Below are positions 13,878-26,552 of a stretch of DNA of 64,000 nt, one piece after another. The position numbers and the translations under genes are program-made. The notes beneath the pieces were generated by a model, which was given only the letters and a program-made list of their open reading frames with translations, searched no databases and was not told the origin of the DNA. Numbering within the stretch: the stretch's first letter is position 1; each line of letters starts with the position of its first letter. The stretch is from Octopus sinensis (taxonomy: Eukaryota): positions 132,432,001-132,496,000 of the forward strand of contig NC_042998.1 of NCBI RefSeq assembly GCF_006345805.1, given 5' to 3'.

Positions 13878-15299
13878 TACAGAGGTATCAAGCTGTTGGA
13901 CCAGGTGATGAAGGTTACGGAGAGGGTCATAACCCAACTAATTAGAGAGAGAGTTAGTTTAGATGAGATGCAGTTTGGGTTTGTGCCAGGGAAAAGTACT
14001 ACTGATGCTATATTCCTGGTAAGGCAGCTGCAGGAGAAATACCTAGCCAAAGATAAGCCCCTGTACCTGGCTTTTGTTGACATGGAGAAAGCCTTCGACA
14101 GGGTCCCCCGATCCCTTATCTGGTGGGCAATGAGGAAACTAGGGATAGATGAATGGTTAGTGAGAGCTGTGCGGGCCATGTACAGGGACGCCGCTAGTAG
14201 GGTGAGGGTTGAAATGTGTACAGTGAAGAATTCCGGGTAGAGGTAGGAGTCCACCAAGGCTCAGTACTCAGCCCCCTCCTATTTATCATAGTCCTCCAGG
14301 CAATAACGGAGGAACTCAAGACAGGATGCCCTTGGGAGCTCCTCTATGCTGATGACCTTGCTCTAATTGCTGAGTCGCTATCAGAACTGGAGGAGAAGTT
14401 TCAGGTGTGGAAACAAGGATTAGAATCGAAGGGCCTCAGAGTCAATCTAGCTAAAACCAAAGTCGTAATCAGTAGGAAGGTAGACAAATCACAAACACCT
14501 TCAGGTAGATGGCCCTGCTCGATCTGTAGAAAAGGTGTAGGTAGAAACTCTATAAGATGCACCAAGTGTAAGCTATGGACACATAAGAGATGCAGCAATG
14601 TCAAAGGAAGGCTAACTAGGAAGATGGTTTTTGTATGTGGCAGATGCTCAGGAACAATAAACACTGAAAATGCTCTCAGACCAACTTCCGTCACTTTCCA
14701 GGGAGAAAAACTAGAAATAGTTGATAGTTTCCGTTACCTAGGTGACCAAGTCAGCAGCGGGGGCGGGTGTGCTGAAAGTGTAACTGCTAGAGTAAGAATA
14801 GCTTGGGCAAAGTTCAGAGAGCTCTTACCTCTACTGGTGACAAAAGGCCTCTCGCACAGAGTGAAAGGCAGACTGTATGATGCGTGTGTACGAACAGCCA
14901 TGCTACATGGCAGTGAAACATGGGCCGTGACTGCTGAGGATATGCGTAAGCTCGCTAGAAATGAAGCCAGTATGCTCCAATGGATGTGTAATGCCGGTAC
15001 TCACACTCGCCAGAGTGTAAGTACCTTGAGAGAAAGCTGACCTAAGAAGCATCAGTTGTGGTGTGCAAGAGAGACGTTTGCGCTGGTATGGTCATGTGGC
15101 GAGAATGGATGAAGATAGTTGTGTGAAAAAGTGCCACACCCTAGCGGTTGAGGGAACCTGTGGAAGAGGCAGACCCAGGAAAACCTGGGACGAGGTGGTG
15201 AAGCACGACCTTCGAACTTTAGGTCTCACTGAGGAAATGACTAGAGACCGAGACCTCTGGAAGTGTGCTGTGCGCGAGAAGACCCGGCAGGACAAGTGA
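13878..15299 (+). pseudogene. Disrupted RTE reverse transcriptase ORF (RT, PHD-like finger, C-terminal region)
   Basis: Three consecutive ORF pieces (13896-14240, 14216-15040, 15063-15299) need frameshift corrections near 14210 and 15030-15045. Confidence 0.88.
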
Positions 15300-15369
15300 G
15301 TCCATAACCCGTGGCCTTCTATATGGGATGGAGCCAGCCTACGTATGCATACCTTCCTTCTTGGGACAC

Positions 15370-15785
15370 AAAACTCTACTTGTGAAGACGTGATGAGGCA
15401 AGTGAGGATCAGAATCGAAATCGATCAATGGAAATTGCGGATGTGCTACCAGTGCCGGTGGCATGTCAAAACTCTGCTTGTGAAGACCCGTTGAGGCAAG
15501 TGACGATCAGAATCGAAATCGATCAATGGAAATTGCAGATGTGTTACCAGTGCCGGTGGCATGTAAGAGAACTTTCCGTTTCGCGACCGTTGCCAGCACC
15601 GCCCCGTTTCGTGTCCGTTGCCAGCCTCGCCTGGCCCTCGTGCCGGTGGCACATAAAAAGCACCATCCGTTCGTGTCCGTTGCCAGCCTCGTCTGGCCCT
15701 CGTGCCGGTGGCACATAAAAAGCACCATCCGTTCGTGGCCGTTTGCCAGCTCTGTCTGGCACCAGTGCGGGTGGCATGTAAAAAG
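15370..15785 (+). repeat. Tandem arrays in the RTE 3' UTR: 2 x 98 bp, then ~3 x 60 bp
   Basis: aaaactct.cttgtgaagac...atcgatcaatggaaattgc...gtgccggtggcatgt repeats with a 98-bp period; then ccgttgccagcctcg...gtgccggtggcacataaaaagcacc units. Confidence 0.85.
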
Positions 15786-16518
15786 CACCCACTACACTCA
15801 CGGAGTGGTTGGCGTTAGGAAGGGCATCCAGCCGTAGAAACACTGCCAGATTTGACTGGTCCTGATGAAGCCTTCTGGCTTCACAGACCCCAGTAGAACC
15901 GTCCAACCCATGCTAGCATGGAAAACGGACGCTAAACGATGATGATGATGATGATGATGATGACAGAAAACTGAAGCTGGTAGTATTTGAATTCAGAAAA
16001 CTTTGGTTCAACGCTCCTACTAATTCTACTATTTACGTAATAATAATGATGATGATTTCTAGCATAGCATAAGGTCACAAATTGAGGTACAGGGAGAGAA
16101 TAGGGGATTTCTAATTATCCTCCAATAATATTACTGGGACTTGATCTTAATTATACCAGAAGGATGAAAGGTAAAGTTGACCTCAACTTCAGAATTTGAT
16201 CTCAGAACATATAGGGGATGGTATTAAACACCACAAGACTTATGTTTTCTTTTGATTGTACCATCCACCAGTCTTTGCTATAATAAGGTATATTACAAGA
16301 AGTGAACCTCCAAATGGTTTCTCAAGCAGTTAGAGAAGAAATAGCAGCCAATTACTGTCAGATCACTCACTACCATCTTGATTATTGTGGAACATATTGG
16401 ATAATGTAGATCTGCAAGAAGGTTAAGCTAGTGTTGTTTAGGACGAAGATGAGCTGGCACTACTGAAGAGAATATTAACCTCAGCTAATACACATATACA
16501 GATATACTTGTGTGTGTA

Positions 16519-16588
<70 letters not shown>

Positions 16589-17289
16589 TCGCCACACTTT
16601 ACACATTTCCACCCACAAGTGTAAATGTGTGTTGAACATTTTAATGGTTTTGAATATGAAATAATAAGCAAAGCCGTTGTTGGGAGGGGGGTGTACACAT
16701 TCTTACATGTGTGCATGTGCACACACAAGTATACTAGCTCATTGATATTTTCATAAATATTTTTATTAATTATATTGCGTTTGTGTGTTTGAGTGGGTTG
16801 TTTACATTGCATAAATGTAATGCGTATGTGTATGTTTTGTTTAAACTCTGTTGTGGTGTGTATGAGTTTAAATGTGTGTGTGTCAGTGTATGCGCGCGCG
16901 TTACAGAAGTATGTTATTACAGCTGGATATCAACCTTAACACGCTCTAACCACACAACTGAGATGTGGTGAAGAGGCTGTGCCATTTATTTACTTTTTGC
17001 TTTTTTTTTATTTATTTATTTTTTGCTTTTCATCTTTTTACTTGTTGAAGTTGAGTGAAGCAAGAATTATTATAAAGGTTCCTTGCCTAGGGCTTCTGTT
17101 TCATCTATTTTACCCATAAAATATCCTCCAATGTCTGCACCAGTTCTGATTCAGCATATGTACCATTGCTTTGCTGTGATTTTCATGGACAAGTCCTTTT
17201 GGAGGCAATTAAAGGCTGGTCAGTCAGTTTCAAGTTACACCCTAACATACACACACACACACTCTTCTTCCCACTCTCTCTCTCCATAG

Positions 17290-17396
17290 AAGGCCTGGTT
17301 ACTTGCTCCTTAACATACACGCCCATGAAGTGAATAAACGACATGGTGTTAGGAATACTTACCAAATCATTGGCCTGCTGTTCAAATCTGTTGCAG
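17290..17396 (+). CDS. Candidate exon of an unidentified host gene
   Basis: Acceptor ctctctctccatag| and donor gcag|gtgatt. One frame is open across all 107 nt (RPGYLLLNIHAHEVNKRHGVRNTYQIIGLLFKSVA); another ends GLVTCSLTYTPMK*. No homologue recognised. Confidence 0.3.
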
Positions 17397-19746
17397 GTGA
17401 TTGTGTATGTGAAAGCAGTACACTTAATTAGTTTACATGCCTCTTAGACCATTTGAAATCATTATGCAAGATAGATCTAGATCGGCTTGCTCTCAAGAGG
17501 GCAATTTGTCTTTCATCTCTTCAGAATAAAGCCTAGACCCAAACATAGAAGGAGGGATTAAAATCCCCTTGGTGCGTATGTGTGCGGAAGGGGGTATTTA
17601 CATATACAAACTATGGGCTTTAATTTGTGTACATTACTTTCTACCTAGCAGTCATGTCTGAAATAGACACCAGACCGTCTGAGAATGTTCCCTGTGATAG
17701 TCTGCTATCATATTCCAAAATCTGATCCCGTCTCAAATGTATGCTTATCTTCTTGAAAACAGGACTAATTATTAGCCTTTATGAAAGCTCTATGGTCCTT
17801 CGGATACATTTTAACCATTTGCATTTATATTGTATCGTTTAGCACAATAAACCCATTACTAAGGACCCATGAGAGCAAATATAGGGCTTTGAATTTTTTT
17901 TTTTTTTTCATGTTAAATCTTAATGGGTTTAGCTCACCTCCCCTTACTTTCCTCAACATAAACATTATAGGAAACTATTATAGCAATGGTAGGAATATTA
18001 ATGTGTAATGTTTGTGCTATTGCAGTGATGTATTTAAAAAAATAAGTGGGGTGGAGTCTATAATTTAAACCTTTGCCTATACTGTATATTACATGTGATA
18101 CACAGAACATACTTTCCAGACATCCATGCCTCATATATGATACACATTCTTAATTTTTTTCAACCACAAGATTAACTTGGAGCCTCCGAAAAGAAAGCTT
18201 TCCTATTAGTCAGAACCTACAAGATAAGGGTTATCTAGAACAGGCAAGTGGTTAAGCTTTCAGCTGAACATTATGAATTAAAAGTGTTTAAGCTGTATCA
18301 TTGATATGTTGAATATGTGCTGCTTTGATAGATAATTGATCTCTGAATTACAGTCAGTGCATTTGAGCCTAGGATGTTAGTAGAGTTGTGGTGGTGGAAG
18401 TAGTAACTGATATAGTGGGCGTCCTCTTGTTTCAAGTCCATTCAGTCACTTGTGTCAAAGTGAGAATTTTGTCGACTGGTTAGTGTAGTTAACTTATTAA
18501 TATTTGCAGTGTGGGTATCCAGCTGCTTTCAATTAGCTTAAGAATTAAATAATTTATTTTTATAAGTCAGCTGGGTGTGTGTAGTGACAGAGTAGTGCTC
18601 GTAGCAATTTCAGGCCTCATCTAAACTAACTGGATTGATATGTGATATAGCTAATTAATGTTGAGTTTGAATTTTTGAAAGTTCCGGTGATTTGAAACAC
18701 ACAAGAAAAACAAGACAGGAAGTTGAGCTGTGCTAATGCTTCATTTCAGGAGCGAGCAACATGCTACTGTGCATGGTGAAGGTTGCTGTGAAAGACACAC
18801 ACACACACACACACAGAGTCCTATGTTACAATTTGTAGAAAATTTTATCTGTTCATCTTTCTCTTAGACAACGTTCATGATGAGCCAGCCACTAACCCCA
18901 TCACGAGGCCACATAGACTATCATCATCTTTCTAACTTCTGCTTTTCTGTGCTTGTATGACTCAGACTCCGTTTTATTGAGACAGAATTTTCTACGGACA
19001 GATGCCCTGCCTGTCACCTGATCTTCCGTTTCCAAACAAGGTAATATTTCCTTGTGGCTAGAAGATGTTTAATAAGATACTAGGTTCGTTTACTACAACC
19101 ACGCAGTTTCAAGATAAGGAGACACATACCTACATACGCACACACACACACAGACATAAATATATACATAAGGCTTCTTTCAGTTTCCATCTACCAAATT
19201 CACTCTCAAAGCTTCAGTCAACTTTAGGCTGCAGCAGAAGACACTTGCCCATGGTTTGACGTGGTGGTATTGAACCCGGAATCCAGCAATTGGAAATGTC
19301 TGTGCCTGTACAACCACAACAATGTCCATAATTAAAGTATTATGTATCCTGATGAAAGCTACTGTTAATGGTGTGTGTGATTTAGTTGGGACTCAAGGAT
19401 TAAAAGCATGTGACTTGGCGGCAGTTAGTTACTAGTTATAATTTGTGGAGATGCACTGCAGTTATTTGCAAATATTAAAAAGAAATGCCGTTCCTTCTCA
19501 GATGTGTTTGTGTGTGTATTGAATTAATTGAAAGAAAGCTTAACGAAATACTGCAGTCAGTAAGTAATATCTCCTCCCTTTACTGGCGCCCCTCCCATGA
19601 CACCCTCACACTGAACAATCCAAGATCATCAGTCTTTTGTGTGTAAGACTATTTGTGTAATGATTGTGCATTTATACAATGTGTGTGTGTGTGTATGCTG
19701 GTTTGTCTATTTGTATTACACACACACACACACATACATACATACA

Positions 19747-19778
<32 letters not shown>

Positions 19779-19791
19779 CATATATATATAT

Positions 19792-19823
<32 letters not shown>

Positions 19824-20351
19824 ATCTGTGTGTGTATGCTTGTAAGAAGTTCCCACACTGGCCTTTCTGCAAGAGTTTATAAAAATACTGCTTTTCACAT
19901 TACCCAATATAATTGGTCTGTGTGGTGGTAATCTTAACAAGGAGGTGGGTCGGGGGTTGATATTTTATAGTAACGGTGGTGGTGGTGGTAGTAGTAGTAG
20001 TATGAAGAAATGGGATGTGGAAGAAGACACAACATACACATACACACACATATATCTACCTCATTGGCTTCTTTCTCTCCTTCCGTCACCACCACAGCAT
20101 TTATGCCATGTCATTTCTGTTTATTTAAATACAACTTTAATGCACTATTTTATATATATACAGACATATATATATATTATATATATATATATTTATTGTT
20201 TTTGTTTCTGAAGACCTTTTTCATGGCCGCCACCCACCCTCCCTATTTTTCTCATAAATATAAACTTTATCTTTCACACACATACATTCACATAATTTCA
20301 GGATTTATGTAAATAAATGTTCTGCCATTATTTTATACATACATACATACA

Positions 20352-20435
<84 letters not shown>

Positions 20436-21156
20436 ATCAATGTTATTGTTATTATTGTAGGTATTAGTCAATTATATTTCTGTTGTATAACAACAATCTG
20501 CAGCCGAGTTTTCGTTCCTCTTGTAGATGCGGTTGTTATTTCAATGTGAACTTGCTTCACTTCATTCTCTGTATGTGTGTATGTATATGTACATATATAT
20601 ATATATGTCTATATTCATATAAACACACACACACATGTGCATACACTTACACACCTTTTTGAAGAAGGGTAGAGTGGGTTGGCATTTGAAAGAAAATCAC
20701 TTTTCATGTCTTGTTTTTTTTGTTCTCTTAGCGTTATTTTCATTGTATTATTTCTTTAACTGTATGCCCTGGTGACAAATCAAATTTACTGTATTATAAA
20801 ATATTAAATAGATAAAGTAAATAAAGCAACAAATGGCAAAGAAATGATTATAAACACACACACACACTCTTAGATTATGTTCCATGTAAATTTTCCTATT
20901 TTTATCTATGTATAGGAAAAGTTTTTATTAATAGTAGTTAGAATTTTGAACTGGAATTTTTTCAAGTGCACCGGTATCTTGCAATTGTACTAAATGTTCG
21001 TTTTCCGTCATCTTTTAATGTGACAGAAACAAATAAATGGAAAAGAAAGTTAAGTAGCTGAGAGGGCGAAGGTAATGTTGATCAGATAATGAGTTCAAAC
21101 CTGTTTCGGGCTAGTTGTCTTATGGCCTGATCAGTAGGTCTTGCCCATTTAAAGTT

Positions 21157-21395
21157 TAGTCCTTTTGCATTTTAATTGGCTTTATCCAGCCCAAATATTC
21201 TACCTGTCTTACATGGTTCTTACCAGCCAGATCTTACCTCCCACACATGCCCTGCAAAGTCATTCTGAAAATAAACAATCATTGAATTGTTGAACATAGG
21301 AGATAAGGCATGATTAATACAAAACAATGTAAATAAATGAGCTTTACATTTGACAGAGTAATCTGAGTTCCAGAGAGTCAAGTGAATTAAGGGTT
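21157..21395. mobile_element. Degenerate second copy of the TTAA-type MITE family
   Basis: aaacaatgtaaataaatgagctttacatttgacagagtaatctga is the reverse complement of the 12770-12830 interior. Confidence 0.45.
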
Positions 21396-23501
21396 GTTAT
21401 GATAAATATTATTTGGTTAAAATCTTGTCCTAGACATGTAGTAAGTTCATGGGAGAGATATACAACTTCATACAGAGAACTGTTGATGTTAATGGAATTT
21501 AATGTTTGGAGTCGAGTAATCATTATTAATTGAAATTACACCATTTTGACATAAGATAATCCTTAATGAGTTATTCTAGTGAAGAAAGGTGGGCATGATG
21601 GAATAATCCCCTTTCTCTCCCCTACCAAAGAAAAGAGTTGAGCCAATCAATGGTCAATGCTACCATTCTTGTTATTTTGTGCGAGTTTCTTGTATTATAG
21701 TCCCAGGCCAAGCAAAGCTTTGTAAGTGGATTTGGTAGACAGAAACTGCAAGAAACCCATGTTCATATGTGTATATGTATCCATGTTTTTTCTCTCACCA
21801 TCATTTAGCAAAGCAGTGCCCCCAGCATGGCTGTAGTCCAATGACTGAAACAAGTTATGGATAAAAGATACAATATAAAACATTCAGATGAATCTCTTTT
21901 ACTTTTCATTAGCAAATTATACAAGTTAGCCTTATGAAAAGTAGACACTGGCTAAACTACAATTTTTTTTTCTCTCTCTGTGGTCAGGGGAAAAAAATTG
22001 AACAGAAAGGATGCCTGACTAGTTTCAGTCTTTGCTAAAGCTTTGTCAGAGATCAATTCTTCAGTCTTGGTTGCATAAAGACTTGTAGAACAGTGCATAT
22101 ATTATTCTAGTTTCAGTCATTAAACTGCAATCATGCTGGAGCATCACCTTAAAGAGTTTTAGTCAAAGAAAATCGACTCCCAAGACTTATTCTTCATAAG
22201 CCTAGTACTTATTCTATTGGTCTCTTTTGCCGGGCAGCTAAGTTTATATATATATATATAAATAGATGTTTCAAACTGTGGCCATAGTGGGGCACTACCT
22301 TGAATGGTTTAGTCGGTCAAGATTTTATCAGTTACTTATTACCGCACCACTGACTTAGAGGGATGTAAACAAACCAGCACCGGTTGTTAAAACACACATG
22401 CACACACAGAGCTATAGTTTAATCATGGTGTCTCCTTTTTCACAGTAAATATAGTTGTGGGCTCACTAAAAAAAAATATCTTGGTTTCTTTCTTTCATGC
22501 CTCCATATCTCATCAGTTGCAGATCTTACATTAATCTATATGTGTATATAGACGCGCGTGAGCGTCCTAGTTTCAAGCATTTCTCCATGAGACTTCAGAT
22601 AATATCAGTTTTAACCAAATCAATTTTACCTAAACTTTAAGCTTCTTTTTGAAATTTTAAAAAGTAAAACCTCTACATAAATTAGGAATAAAATGTCATT
22701 AGCTTATATTTTATTTTACAGCTTTAAAAACGAATAGTTGTTTGTTCCTCATCCACTACTTTAAAATCATTTTGTTTGTACATCGAGAAATAATGATTCT
22801 AAAAAACCAAGCACAATCAAAACACAACATATTTCCTTCTTTCAAAGCAGCATAATTTTAGTTGAATATCATCAACTATATATTTTTTCTTCATCGTTAA
22901 ACACACAAATTTCTGCAAATGGACGAATAAACTGACTTTTCTTACTATTTAACTTTTATATATTAACTTTCACTCCTTCCTTCTACACTATATATATTGT
23001 GTGTGTGTATATCTATCTATCTGTCTGTCGTTTATACGTAGGTGCGTGCGTATACATAACGTTGTGTTTTTAAAACTAGTTTTACTGATTAATAGTACCT
23101 TTGGTTTTTATCTTTTATCTATTAATACGAAATGGGAAGGTATTATTGTTGGTTACATTACCTTAGTGTGTTTACAAGTAATTTCTATTCCAACACCTCC
23201 CATCCTACTCAGCTACCCAACTCCGAGAAGAATCAAATACATCATATTGGTCGTCGTCAGATCGTTGACCGAAGCAAAAACGGTTTGATGCATTTGTTTC
23301 GTGCTCCCATTTTCTCTAATGGTCTGCTACCAGCCAACTCGGCTGTGTGTGTGTGTAGTCCTTTGACATTCTAGAAATAGCAGCCAAATCTCTTTGAAGT
23401 CATATTCTTTACTGTAAGCATTGACCTGCGATTTTCCCGAGAAGCGGGCCGCTGAAAAGACATGGCTCATCATCTGGCGGATTGCACTACTTTAGAAGAA
23501 T

Positions 23502-23560
<59 letters not shown>

Positions 23561-23863
23561 GGTAATTTTTCCTTAGGCGTGCCATTCTGAAAGTCCCACT
23601 TGGCCGCTTTTTATCGACAAGCAACAGCGACAAATTAAGATAATGTATATGATGCACTGGCTACAAAGAGAAAAGGCTAGGATGATGTTGATAAAAAAAA
23701 ATCCTCTTTGGTCATAGGTCTGCGTTCGATGTAGTCTGAGTTGAGGTCTAGCCACAACTGGTTTAACTACTTCCACAATGCTATTTTGCGATGAATAAAT
23801 ATTTAATAATGTTTATTCAAATCTTTCAATGTTGATTCTACATCCCTACTCTTAATTGATAAA

Positions 23864-24390
23864 GTACGGCATGGTTGTGTAGTTAAGCAAAGAACTCCCA
23901 TATTCAAGCGTACTGCGTGGCACCTTGGGCAAGTAACTACCCTTTACCATAGTCTCAGCTTGACCAATAATGCATTGTGAGTGGAATTCGATTTATAGCT
24001 TCGCTAAGGAAGCTGAAGTTCCTTGCTGTGTTTGTTCCGCGCCAAAATTTATGCAGACGATCCCAGCACCGTCAGAAATACAGTGAATTGGGCCTGTTAA
24101 ATGCCAGTAGCCAACGACGCTATTGTTCACCAAGTGGACGGCGGCCTTGCTGAGATACCGCCTTGAATAACAAATCTATTCTTGTACTTATTCTATGTGG
24201 GAACGTAAACAAACCAACGCTGGTTGTCAAACGTAAATGGGGAACAAATACACACACGGGTTTCGTTCAGTTTCTCTATCAAACACACTCATAAGGTTTC
24301 GGTTGGCATGGGCTATAGTAGAAGACATCAGTTGCCCAAGGTGCCACGCACTGGGACTGAACCTAAGACGATATGGTTGGGAAACAAGTT
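23864..24390. mobile_element. Pair of old SINE family A copies in opposite orientation
   Basis: The + fragment contains ctgcgtggcaccttgggcaa (23913-23932); the - copy contains ttgcccaaggtgccacgcac (24332-24351) and gctggttgtcaa. Confidence 0.65.
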
Positions 24391-25005
24391 TCTGGTAATT
24401 TTCTGTCATCAGGGATTAAACCAACTGCATTCTCACTCTTGAAAATTATCTCCCCTTTTCGCTATAACGAGAAATTTGTATTTGATTTATTTAATAAACT
24501 TCTGTTACAACCACCTTGTTTTTTCCTCTTCGTAGCTAACTTCTTTGGGTCCCTACACATTTTTGTCTCTTGTGAGTTGAGTTCTAACTGCCGGAAAAGA
24601 TAAGTAGATAAACATAAAATAAAATATTATTTGTATTGTTCCGTCACCGCACAATGCGAATAACAATGGGCCTTTTGATTCTCCCGTGTCATTCTCAATA
24701 ATGACACCTATTGACACCCACGTTCATACCTTGAAGGACCTTCTCTTCAACTGTAGTTAAGAATCTAGGTGATGACAGCAAGATTTCTTGGCCTCGTGTA
24801 TTGCGTACACACGCACCACCGAGAGTCTCTAATAGTTGTCTCTAACTTTTTTTTCCCTTTTATTTTCACCTTCTAAAAGGTAAATTCTAAATTTTATGCA
24901 TATATTAATCAGTACTGCCTTACTTGAATGATGTAAATTCACATCATTAGCTCATTTGATATATTTCTCTCCGTTCACCTTTTCTCCCTCTCTACGGAGT
25001 AGAAA

Positions 25006-25230
25006 AAGTTCAGGGACCTATTGACTCTGCTGGCAACAAATGGTTTTTCTCTTCGAGTAGAGAACAGATTCTATGAAACGTGTGTACGAAGTGCGATGTT
25101 GCATAGCAGTAAAATAAATGCATCGAATGTGTGAAGGGTAGCTGGGACAGGGGGAATGAAGCGAGCATGTTCCGCTGGAGGTGTATAACATTATGGTGCA
25201 TAGACAGGGACAAGCGGATTGACCAAATAG
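25006..25230 (+). pseudogene. Old degenerate RTE RT fragment
   Basis: Translates KFRDLLTLLATNGFSLRVENRFYETCVRSAMLHSS...NEASMFRW, aligning with KFRELLPLLVTKGLSHRVKGRLYDACVRTAMLHGS...NEASMLQW of the 14216-15040 ORF. Confidence 0.8.
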
Positions 25231-26552
25231 GAATAGTCGGTGTTAAAGAGGTTGGTCAAAGAAGGGGACATGATAAAGTCTGCAACAAGGGACCAAAAAC
25301 CGACGTAGTGTGATAATGGTGTGTGTGTGTGTGTGTATACTCTTTTACTAGTTCCTGCTCATGACTTTGGCCATGCTGAACACGAGCATTACACACACAA
25401 CACACAATTTGATTTTTGCCAGATAATCTGGCTATGAAGTAGAAAGGGGGTTGTTAGAAACCTGATAGCAACTGACTTAATATTTAAGTGGAAGAGTTTG
25501 AAATAGCAGTGCATACATACATACATACATACATACATACAAACAAACAAACAGACACGCATAACCACAAGATTTTTACTGGAGTAATTGTTTACTGTTT
25601 TATTTAAGTTGGTCTTTTCTTTCTCTTTTTTTTTCCTTTTTCTCGTACTGAGAATAAATTTTTTTGTCTGAGTCAGCAGTGAGAAGCTGCTACAATATAA
25701 TCTTTATGTATGTGTTAGGTTAGGCTAATTACATACCAGGAAACACTCTGCTTTTAACCTGTGTGCGTGTTTTTTTTGTTGTTTTTTTAAAATTTTATTT
25801 TAATTCTTGATTCTTTCTATCCTCTCTCTGCAAAGGAGGAAGAAGAGGAGAAAAAAATGTGGACGTGGTGGAGGATAGTTTTCGTAGTTTTGTTTGTTGG
25901 ATGGGTTGTAGTGAGGTGACGGTGGTTTGCTGGCTGGATGTTGAAATATGTGAAGAGAAGATATTCGTTTCGGTGTTATTTCGTTGGGGAGAAAAAAAAA
26001 GTGCTCTGAAAATATCTTTTCACATGTTTTAGAGGTGGGGATTGATTGTCTTTAATGGAGAAATGATGGTGATTTTTCTTTCTAGAATTCTATGATTTTG
26101 CTTTGAGAACATGGTTTCCAGCCACTTAAAATCAACGGTAACAACAACAACACCAGTCAGCTCTGATCAAACCTGATTTATTTATGTATTTTAGTCTTAA
26201 GTAATGTCTAGAAATGTGAACACAAGCACTCGGTGGGATTTGGTACATTCGTTAATCGTACAGTGCCCTTATTGCTTATAGCGGTAAGCTTTATTTTCGT
26301 TACCTATTTTAAGTTCAAATTTTGGCAGAAGGCAAAGCAATTTCGGAAGACGTGGTAAATCGATTACATCAACTCTGATGTTCATTCGGTACTTATCTTA
26401 TCGACCCTGAAAGGACGAAAGGCACAGTCGACCTTGGCTGAATTTGAACTCAATGTAAAGACTGATGCCAGCTCGCCGCCTTATTAAGTGAAAATATTAA
26501 TGCAAAATGTTAATCCAAGCAAACTTTTGGGGCTCAGTGCCCATACTTCTCA

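Larger units (their letters stand above)
13878..15963 (+). mobile_element. 5'-truncated RTE-clade non-LTR retrotransposon (LINE)
   Basis: RT motifs YRGIKLL, QFGF.PGKSTTDAIF, FVDMEKAFDRV, GVHQGSVLSPLLF, LYADD (YADD at 14345-14356) and FRYLG. RTE-type C-terminus RRLRWYGHVARM...RGRPRKTW, stop at 15297-15299, 3' UTR and (gat)n tail. No endonuclease domain and no clear TSD. Confidence 0.93.

Noticed and set aside
13796-14694. Minus-strand ORFs of 153 and 97 aa
   Set aside because: Antisense shadows of the RTE RT coding sequence.
23421-23440. Short similarity to U1 snRNA (tgacctgcgattttccc)
   Set aside because: No U1 5' end, Sm site or flanking stems; consistent with chance.
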